Source: Planctomycetaceae bacterium
Lineage (GTDB): Bacteria; Planctomycetota; Planctomycetia; Planctomycetales; Planctomycetaceae
NCBI GenBank assembly: GCA_020426515.1
Contig: JAGQPW010000007.1
Location: 10,908-74,907, forward strand
Length of the DNA stretch: 64,000 nucleotides
Direction of reading: 5' to 3'
The notes beneath the pieces are model-generated. The model saw only the letters and a list, made by a program, of their open reading frames with translations. It ran no database searches and was not told the origin of the DNA. A program made the position numbers and the translations under genes. Positions 56,310 through 63,355 of this stretch are shown here, piece by piece (the stretch's first letter is position 1; each line of letters opens with the position of its first letter).

Positions 56310-57701
56310 TTAATAGGTGAATCCTGGATTGAAACCATTCAATGGGTTGGTTGCCGATACCACTGACCGACTGCTTGGGTCGCGTAGAGTCATGTCGATC
56401 ACTTCTGCCCTAGCCCCCCCATTTAGGAATCGCAGAACTTCCGCGATTACGAGTGAGGCGGCCGCTGTGCCAACAAACGGCGCGCCCACAGACCGCGTGG
56501 CGAGTTGAACCAAGCCGCAGTCATCCATTCCCTTAGCCGACAAATCCTGGTACGCAGCTCCATTCGGTCCTCGGGAGCGATGTACCTCAACATCACTCCA
56601 TTTCCGGCGTGCCGTGGTCGTTGCAGGGAAGGTGTGAACGCGCAGGGCAAGGTATTCCGTCGGACCTGACCCTAAGCCGGATTCGACAATCCAGTCAAAG
56701 CCAGCGTCTTCGTATGCGGCCCGCGCTTGGGGATTATCCACACCTCCAAGTGCCAATCGAGGTTCCTGCTCGGTAACCTTCATTCCCCCGGGGAATGGGC
56801 GCTCGATGACTCTTGCGTTGAAACCGCGCGCTTCTGCCCACTCCGCCATCGTCCTGGTTTTGAGGCGACCAATAAGCTCGCCGCTGGTGAGAAGTGAGGT
56901 ACTGTCGTTGGACTCGGCAAGCCGATCGAAATCCTGCAAGTAGAGCATCACCTTCGAAGGGTCTGCGTAGGGTAACAAGCCGAGCACCCATAGATAGGCT
57001 TGCCCAAGATGGCCGAGCCCAATCAGCCAAAGGTTCGCTGGGAAAACGATGTCGAGCGGACCGGCAGGTGCATTTTCCCAATCAATCGACTCTGGACTCC
57101 AGAGTGAAAGGCCGACGCGCCGCCGACCGGCCATCGGGTTGCCGCGCAAGTTTTGAAAGACCTCCGAGAGGGCAATCGCCGAAGCGAGAATTGCTGCTGG
57201 AGTGATTGCCCTTTGTGAGGGTAGCGAGTGTGAATCGGCTTGCGGCACAACGCCGCCGCGCCAATCGCTGAAGATGACATTCAGGCAAATTTGGTGCTCG
57301 TTCGATGTGCGATTCACACTGCCCAGAATCAGCGTAGGCATCGTCCCGGCGACTTCGTTAATCGCGTGCCCACCGAGGGCGGCTACGGCTCCAGCAAGGG
57401 TTCGTTGGCCGGGAACCGGAACTAGCAGCGGAGTGTCGAGACTCCCTTCGATGTAGACGCCACCGAGTAGTGCACGTCGCGCAACATTGACGAGAGTGAG
57501 CAGAGCAGCCTGATGGGCAGGAGACTTCTGAACCTCTGGGCCGACACGAACACCGATACGATACGTGCGAAACAGATAGTACCCGTCGGCAACGGTTGCG
57601 ACTTCGCCGCTATCAATCGCGATTTTCACAACGCGACTGAGTGTATCGGCGCTCGTCTGGCTGCTGTCAAAACTCGTAAAGGGCATTACTTCGGAAATCA
57701 T
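56310..57701 (-). CDS. bilD: E1-like (ThiF/MoeB-family) ubiquitin-like-activating enzyme, BilD-like
   Basis: Rossmann LWLIGLGHLGQAYL (GxGxxG) in the C-terminal half, preceded by an N-terminal second lobe. ATG 57701 overlaps the JAB stop (ATGA). The track ORF start 57761 is a TTG inside the JAB gene. Confidence 0.8.
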   Translation of the reverse strand: MISEVMPFTSFDSSQTSADTLSRVVKIAIDSGEVATVADGYYLFRTYRIGVRVGPEVQKSPAHQAALLTLVNVARRALLGGVYIEGSLDTPLLVPVPGQRTLAGAVAALGGHAINEVAGTMPTLILGSVNRTSNEHQICLNVIFSDWRGGVVPQADSHSLPSQRAITPAAILASAIALSEVFQNLRGNPMAGRRRVGLSLWSPESIDWENAPAGPLDIVFPANLWLIGLGHLGQAYLWVLGLLPYADPSKVMLYLQDFDRLAESNDSTSLLTSGELIGRLKTRTMAEWAEARGFNARVIERPFPGGMKVTEQEPRLALGGVDNPQARAAYEDAGFDWIVESGLGSGPTEYLALRVHTFPATTTARRKWSDVEVHRSRGPNGAAYQDLSAKGMDDCGLVQLATRSVGAPFVGTAAASLVIAEVLRFLNGGARAEVIDMTLRDPSSRSVVSATNPLNGFNPGFTY

Positions 57702-58183
57702 ATTAAACCCCAACTGACTTTGAGGACGGAGCGGGCTTGCCAACCGCTGAGGTTGGTCCAACGATGGTCACCTTCGTAGTGAAACACGCCGAGCCGGTGA
57801 CGCCAGATCCATCCAAACGCATAGTTCGGAACGATGATCGCAAGATGTCCGGCGCGAGCAATCATGGGGTTTGTTCGGTCCACCTCGCTTTGGAATGCCC
57901 CGGCAGGGTGCGTGTGTATGTCGGCGATGACGGTTAGCTTTTCTGCGCGGCAGATCTCCCAAAGGCGGGTAAACGAGTCGCCCTGCAGAATGCAGACGCC
58001 GATCGAATATGCTTGCGGGTCAAGCTCATCATAGAACACGCAACGATGCGCTTGCCGTTTATCGCCTTTGACAGTTCCAAGAATGAAGCACCCGGATTCG
58101 TGCCGACCGTGGCTCCTGAATTGAAGCTCCGTCATGCAGCGAAGCCAAAGACTTCGCTGGAATCGAATCAGCGGCTTAGCCAC
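57698..58183 (-). CDS. bilC: JAB/MPN (JAMM) metallopeptidase, BilC-like deconjugating/processing enzyme
   Basis: HESGCFILG (Glu) followed by [16 protein letters not shown] (HxH...SxxD JAMM motif). The GTG start overlaps the E2 stop by 8 nt. Confidence 0.85.
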   Translation of the reverse strand: MAKPLIRFQRSLWLRCMTELQFRSHGRHESGCFILGTVKGDKRQAHRCVFYDELDPQAYSIGVCILQGDSFTRLWEICRAEKLTVIADIHTHPAGAFQSEVDRTNPMIARAGHLAIIVPNYAFGWIWRHRLGVFHYEGDHRWTNLSGWQARSVLKVSWGLI

Positions 58184-58649
58184 CTCGCACTCCTTTGTAG
58201 TCGCTTGAATTGAGTAAGGAATGAAGTTCGTCCAAGTAGAGGACTACACCTCGGCTTGGCGACCACTGAAGGGCGGGGTATTCATTTCGCCAGTTGTCGT
58301 GCCCCACCGCAGCGATTCGATCGCAAGGCAGGTAGAGGCATGTTCCATCTTTCCACTCGGGTCTGAAGACCGCTGGAATCCGAGACGCTCCACCGGGCCA
58401 TCGATTGAAGGGAAGCGGCTGGTCTGCTTCGTGATCCCACGGCCGAGCCGTGGGAGCCTCTTGCGAATAGCCGCTGCAATCGAAGCGAAACCAGTATTCA
58501 TTTGGAGCCCCGTCGCGAGCTGCCGCTGCGACGGCAATCTGCACGATAGGCCAGGCGATTGAACCCAGCTTCCAACGATTCAGGTGAACCCCGAGTTGGA
58601 AAGCACCCGCCGCGACGTGGTCGCGGAAGGCACGCTCATCGGGACGCAT
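58176..58649 (-). CDS. bilB: E2-like ubiquitin-like-conjugating enzyme, BilB-like
   Basis: From ATG 58649: [20 protein letters not shown]...[20 protein letters not shown]...FNRWPGG...[20 protein letters not shown], with candidate catalytic Cys residues. The assignment comes from its position between the Ubl and JAB genes plus an E2-like size and pattern. The upstream part of the track ORF overlaps the Ubl gene and is rejected. Confidence 0.65.
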   Translation of the reverse strand: MRPDERAFRDHVAAGAFQLGVHLNRWKLGSIAWPIVQIAVAAAARDGAPNEYWFRFDCSGYSQEAPTARPWDHEADQPLPFNRWPGGASRIPAVFRPEWKDGTCLYLPCDRIAAVGHDNWRNEYPALQWSPSRGVVLYLDELHSLLNSSDYKGVRGG

Positions 58650-58668
58650 GTTGTTTGTGTCCAAGTGA

Positions 58669-59163
58669 CTAGCCCTCGACGCGTTTGATGGGCACCAGGT
58701 TGAAACAGAGCGAGCAGCATCCGCACACCAGGGTTCCGATTTGCGTGTCCGGCTCCGGGCGGTCGTCGGAGCCGCAGATTTGGAGCACGTGCTCGGTAGC
58801 ATCGACGGGCGACATGCCAATCGCATGCACAAAGCGTTTCTTCACATGGTCGACCGTGTTTGCAGTGGGAAACTGCATGACCTCGGTTAACTCGTTGAAG
58901 TGCAGCGTGACTTCGACTTTGCGGCAGCGGTGAACGTGCACTCGGTGCTTGTCGCAAATGCCTTGTTTGCTCAGCGCGACATCGGGCTTGAGCGGGGTTT
59001 CGTCATCGGAACCGAAGACATGTGCATCCGCGCGATGCTTCTCGGGGAACCCGAGTTTCACAGCGGCTTCCAACACGTCAGCGACCGAGGCTTCGCTGTC
59101 GAGTTGGATGAGTTCCACTCCGCGACTGCCTTCGAACTGCAGGAATAATTGAATTTTCGACAT
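58669..59163 (-). CDS. bilA: Tandem beta-grasp ubiquitin-like protein ending in Gly, BilA-like
   Basis: 164 aa in two halves of about 80 aa with similar alternating patterns ([12 protein letters not shown]... and [14 protein letters not shown]...). The C-terminus ...LVPIKRVEG is followed immediately by the stop codon. First gene of the four-gene cluster. Confidence 0.7.
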   Translation of the reverse strand: MSKIQLFLQFEGSRGVELIQLDSEASVADVLEAAVKLGFPEKHRADAHVFGSDDETPLKPDVALSKQGICDKHRVHVHRCRKVEVTLHFNELTEVMQFPTANTVDHVKKRFVHAIGMSPVDATEHVLQICGSDDRPEPDTQIGTLVCGCCSLCFNLVPIKRVEG

Positions 59164-59346
59164 TGGCCTTGTTCCTCTCTCGTTACTGGTTGAAGCTTGT
59201 CGGCCATCATTGGCCTCACACTTTCTTCAACCGGCGAGAAGGCCCAATCGGAAATGTCAGCCGCGAACATTTTTGATGCGGGGAGAGACTTGCAAGCGCA
59301 GCACCGCCGCCGAGCGACGGAACTGGTACTGACAAGAACTTGCTGC

Positions 59347-62300
59347 CTAGCGAGTAGGGCCTTGGGCCGGGCAGATAAAGAAGTATGGACAGGACGGACA
59401 GCGTTGGCTTAGCCTCGGGTCGAAGCGTCCGTTACCGGCTGCGGCAATGGCGCTTTCGCAAGCCTTCAACTTGTCCCCCGCCTTTTTCGATTTGTCGGTT
59501 GCAGCTCGACGTTCACCGTCGAGCAGAGACACATGCTCGAAGTGGACTTCTTCGTTGGGATGGTCGGAGCGAATGGCAACCTGCAGGAGAATGTATCGCG
59601 GTTTGTCCTCTTCGGATTTAGCCAGTCGCCCAGCCTTCAACCTACGGATGACGATTCCATTCGGAGTTCGTTCAATCTGATCTGCGCGACAACTGATGAC
59701 CGCGCCGTTTCCGGGGGCGACAACTTGCCGTGCCGCGGGCAAGTTCTCCCCGCTCATCACCCCGTGCGCCGCCTCGATCATGGCCTTCGCCATGCGGCGG
59801 TAAAGGGGCTCGAAAGGATGATCGCCTGGGCCGAATTTCTCCCAGTCCTCCTCGAAGCGGGCGATTAGACCGTCCCGTCGTTCGTCTGCCGATGCGGTCT
59901 CGCGTAGCCAAGCCATGCTCGCATGCAGTGCTGATTGGAACTTGAGAAACGGCGAGGCGGCGTCTGCTCCGCCAAGTTCTAGGGCGTGATCGTAGTAGAA
60001 TCGGCGAGGGCAATCGATATAGGTCTCGATTTCCCTTGCTGTCCACCGGTCGTTCGCCATTCGCCCGACGAGCAAGGGAAAAGTCGGCTCGGGAATGCCG
60101 TCAGCGGTCCACCTAGGCGATACGTCTATGCGGTGTGGCAAATGGGAAGAAACTGTTTCGAGAAACCGCGAGGGCCTCGTATTTCGCATGCCATTTGTCT
60201 GCGCTCGCGAAAGGTGCAAACCGTCTCTGGCACGGGACGCTCCAACGAAGAACAGGCTGTCCTCTTCTGCATCTCTGGTCATCAACACGTCGGAACTAAT
60301 CAGTCCAGGTGGAAGCGGACACGGCTCGTATCTGTTGGGGGCCGGAAACTGTGTGCCAGTCAGAGCAAGGATATGAACGATGGGAAACTCTAACCCCTTG
60401 CTCGAATGCACTGTCATCAACCGAACCGCATCAATGTCGCTGACCGCGGCGGGCAACTGACGAAGCTGCTTCTCTTCGTCGAGGATTTCGAGACGACGGA
60501 CGTGTGCCAGAAAAGCGCGCTTCGGATCGTCTTTCTTCGACGGCTTGAACGCGAAGGCGAACTGTAGCAATTGGTAGATGGCAAGCCGCCGCTGCTGGCC
60601 TGGAACGGTGTCATCTGCCATGAAGGGTTGCAGGTAGCCGCTTCGCCTCAAAAGATACGAAATAAGAAAACGATGCGGCGACAGAGGCCATTCTGCATCT
60701 TGGACGTCGGCGACAAGCCTGGCCAGGCCTTTACGTCCCCGTTGGCTGATACCCGGCACGTTTGCAAAGTCTCGAAGCGTCTTGAGCATCGTCTCTTGCT
60801 GCTCCCGTCGCCTTTGGAACAACGCGCCGATGTCTTCAGCAGGCACGTCATACATTGGCAGCTGCGCGACACGGAAAAGCCCAACTCCCTTGGGCTCAGC
60901 GACGAGAGACAAGAGTGAGAGTAGGTCGCGGATCTCGGGGCGCTCGAAAAAGTCCCCGAAGTACAGACAGGGCACGCAAGCATCTTCAAGTTGCTTTGCC
61001 AGCCGTGAAAGGATCGTGTGCGATCGAGCGAGAATGGCGTGGTCGGCGAATTTTGAACCGGCCTCCACTCTTGCCAGAATTTCCTTGGCGATGCCGTGCG
61101 CTTCGGCTTCACGAGTCGTGGCCACGTCGTACTGAACGGTACCGTGATTCGCTCCGCGATTTGCAGTCAGCGCTCCTGTGGTGGCGCTCGCACCAGCCGC
61201 CATCCCTCGGCCAAACGATTCGAACAGCTTCACGATTCGTCCGCCTGAGCGATAGTTGACAGAGAGGTCTGTCGTCTTTGCTCCAGGAAACTCATGCGAG
61301 AACCGAGCCATATTGAGAGGCGATGCACCTCGGAAGCGATAAATCGATTGTCGGACATCTCCGACAACCCACGGTCCGCGACCTGGGGTGCAAAGTTCCT
61401 TGAGCAGCAAGGCGCTGGCGCGATTCATGTCTTGATATTCATCGACAAGAACGTGACGCTTGTCATTGCGGACAGCCTCTCGCACCTCGGGGTTATCGCG
61501 GAGCAGTTTGATTGGCAGGGCGACGAGATCGCCGAAGTCGACGACGCCCCGTTCCCTCAACGCTGCTTCGTAGATGGCGTAGATTCGGGCGACTTCTATC
61601 GCTCGATCCGCCGCCTTCTGTGAATCTTGGTCGGTAGATTCTTCTGCCATCGCCCTGGCAGCATTCATGTAGTCGTCAGGTGAGGCGAGTTCATCTTTTG
61701 CCCGACCGATAGCCCCGAGTATCGAGCGCAGTTTCAGCATCGGCTCGTGCAGATCGAGGTAGTGACTCAGTTCCAGACTTGGAAGCAAGTCTTCCAACAG
61801 CATCAATGAATCGGTGCGATCGAGAAGCTTTGGTTCAGATTCAAAACCCAGCAAGTGACCATGCTTTCGCAAAAGTTCCAGTCCGAAAGCATGAAACGTT
61901 CCGGACCAAATCGCAGTGGCCTTTTCTCCGACTTCTGATCGAATCCGACTCGCCAGATCTTGTGCAGACAGATTGGAGTAGGTAAGTGCCAGAATCGAAC
62001 AGGGTGCTTCGCCTCTACTGATTAGGTGGGCGATTCGTCCGACTAGAGTTCTTGTCTTTCCGGTTCCGGGACCTGCTCTGACCTGTCGTGGTTCATCCGT
62101 AGCGGTGATTGCCTCTAGCTGGCTTGCGTCAGGTTCGGTTTCACGGCGTGGTTCAGATTGCGTATTACCTTCGGCTGGCAGTAACAGAGCGTCGGCCAGT
62201 TGCTGCATGACAAGATCGACCGGGATGCCGATCTCGCTAGCGATGGCATCGGATTCGGGTATGCCGCTGGAACAACGTTGTCGGAGCTTGTTTCGAGGGA

Positions 62301-62721
62301 GGAGAAACTCTCTAGCGAACAGGTTGGCTTGGGCTTCTGCACGTTCCTTCGGACTGTACGAGTCCTGATCTCCGACGGAGGACATCTCTGGTTCTGAAGG
62401 AACCAGGAGATCCAAGTCCGCATTGGCGCAGGCCGCTCCGGCCTCATCGAGCCAGTGGTGTGCGAACTCATGCGCAATGTGGAAATGCGCAAGTGGTAAC
62501 GGAGTGGCATTCGAGTAGTAGATTCTCTGACGTTCTCGATCGTACGCAGCCTCCGCTCCATCCAGAAGTGTGTCATCTGGAGGCCGACTGACGAACCTTA
62601 TTCCTGTTGCCGCTTGTGCGGCAGCCAGAAGGGCACTTGCCGTAATGAGTGCGTCTGCGCCGTTGTCAAACTCGCTATGACGTTGTTTCGCCAAACGTCG
62701 AACTTCCTTCCACGCGCTCAT
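59347..62721 (-). CDS. Three-domain fusion: ImmA/IrrE-type Zn-peptidase + UvrD/Rep SF1 helicase + Cas4/AddB-like Fe-S nuclease domain
   Basis: Peptidase: HIAHEFAHHW (HExxH) plus ERAEAQANLFAREFLLP. Helicase: AGPGTGKT, VDEYQDMN, GDVRQSIYRFRGA, VNYRS, MTVHSSKGLEFP, FFVGASRAR. C-terminus: YIDCPRRFYY ... CPSCPYFFIC (C...CxxCx5C). Confidence 0.85.
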   Translation of the reverse strand: MSAWKEVRRLAKQRHSEFDNGADALITASALLAAAQAATGIRFVSRPPDDTLLDGAEAAYDRERQRIYYSNATPLPLAHFHIAHEFAHHWLDEAGAACANADLDLLVPSEPEMSSVGDQDSYSPKERAEAQANLFAREFLLPRNKLRQRCSSGIPESDAIASEIGIPVDLVMQQLADALLLPAEGNTQSEPRRETEPDASQLEAITATDEPRQVRAGPGTGKTRTLVGRIAHLISRGEAPCSILALTYSNLSAQDLASRIRSEVGEKATAIWSGTFHAFGLELLRKHGHLLGFESEPKLLDRTDSLMLLEDLLPSLELSHYLDLHEPMLKLRSILGAIGRAKDELASPDDYMNAARAMAEESTDQDSQKAADRAIEVARIYAIYEAALRERGVVDFGDLVALPIKLLRDNPEVREAVRNDKRHVLVDEYQDMNRASALLLKELCTPGRGPWVVGDVRQSIYRFRGASPLNMARFSHEFPGAKTTDLSVNYRSGGRIVKLFESFGRGMAAGASATTGALTANRGANHGTVQYDVATTREAEAHGIAKEILARVEAGSKFADHAILARSHTILSRLAKQLEDACVPCLYFGDFFERPEIRDLLSLLSLVAEPKGVGLFRVAQLPMYDVPAEDIGALFQRRREQQETMLKTLRDFANVPGISQRGRKGLARLVADVQDAEWPLSPHRFLISYLLRRSGYLQPFMADDTVPGQQRRLAIYQLLQFAFAFKPSKKDDPKRAFLAHVRRLEILDEEKQLRQLPAAVSDIDAVRLMTVHSSKGLEFPIVHILALTGTQFPAPNRYEPCPLPPGLISSDVLMTRDAEEDSLFFVGASRARDGLHLSRAQTNGMRNTRPSRFLETVSSHLPHRIDVSPRWTADGIPEPTFPLLVGRMANDRWTAREIETYIDCPRRFYYDHALELGGADAASPFLKFQSALHASMAWLRETASADERRDGLIARFEEDWEKFGPGDHPFEPLYRRMAKAMIEAAHGVMSGENLPAARQVVAPGNGAVISCRADQIERTPNGIVIRRLKAGRLAKSEEDKPRYILLQVAIRSDHPNEEVHFEHVSLLDGERRAATDKSKKAGDKLKACESAIAAAGNGRFDPRLSQRCPSCPYFFICPAQGPTR

Positions 62722-62731
62722 CTTGGTGCTC

Positions 62732-63355
62732 CTAGTGAGAAGTCTCGCTTGTGACGATTCGTCTCCATTCTTCCTTTATCGGAGTCGAAAGCTCTGACGT
62801 TGTGACTGCGTCGAGGAACGACTCCTGTCGCAGTACCGGCTTTCCCTTCGCCTTGTAGCTCGACAATGGAATTGGATCTCCCATCAATACTCGCGAAACA
62901 TCCTCGACGGCAAATTGCAGTGCCGCAGCAATTCCCTCAATACATCGCTGAGGAATGCTCGCAAAAACAATCAAGTGGCGATCAAGCTTTGCCAATAGCG
63001 TGTCATCGAGTTTGCATTGATCCATCAACGTCTGCTCGGAACATCCCGAGGCGCGGATCATCTTGTGGAGGCGAGATTCGGTCGTAGCTCGCAGTTCGGT
63101 AGTCGGAGCGGTCTGATGGTGAATCAAGTTCAAAGCATGGCTGACCATTTTGCTCGCGACACGATCTTCATCAATTACAGGACGTTCGCCACGCTCTTTC
63201 TGTTCGGCCCACGTCGCAAAAAAGCTCGTAAGCTGATCCCGATGCTCGGGGTAGAGCTCGCACCAACGAAGTAGCGCGTCGTATTGGGGTTCCGGTTCCT
63301 GGAGCATGATTTCATCCAGGATGTCTTCAAATGTCACTTGGTCCTTCCTGTTCAT
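62732..63355 (-). CDS. Hypothetical protein with a possible central HTH, partner of the ImmA-like fusion
   Basis: ATG 63355 overlaps the upstream stop (ATGA). Its stop lies 10 nt before the fusion-gene ATG, with AGGAG in between. The segment IRASGCSEQTLMDQCKLDDTLLAKLDR looks HTH-like by eye. Confidence 0.5.
   Translation of the reverse strand: MNRKDQVTFEDILDEIMLQEPEPQYDALLRWCELYPEHRDQLTSFFATWAEQKERGERPVIDEDRVASKMVSHALNLIHHQTAPTTELRATTESRLHKMIRASGCSEQTLMDQCKLDDTLLAKLDRHLIVFASIPQRCIEGIAAALQFAVEDVSRVLMGDPIPLSSYKAKGKPVLRQESFLDAVTTSELSTPIKEEWRRIVTSETSH

Noticed and set aside
57702-57761. TTG-initiated 20-residue extension of the E1-like ORF
   Set aside because: It lies inside the JAB gene. The ATG at 57701 forms an ATGA stop/start overlap with the JAB gene, which is the more usual coupling.
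58650-58832. N-terminal 61-residue extension of the E2-like ORF in the track (start 58832)
   Set aside because: It overlaps the 3' end of the Ubl gene out of frame and has Arg/Ser/Cys-rich shadow composition. The ATG at 58649, 19 nt after the Ubl stop, gives a compact operon.
56310-59163. CBASS Cap2/Cap3 interpretation of the E1/E2/JAB genes
   Set aside because: E1 and E2 are separate proteins rather than a Cap2 fusion. A dedicated beta-grasp protein ending in Gly is present. No CD-NTase or CBASS effector is visible in the window.
59058-59270. 70-aa minus-strand ORF starting in the helicase/Ubl intergenic region
   Set aside because: It runs out of frame into the Ubl gene, has no RBS that I can see, and has low-complexity composition.
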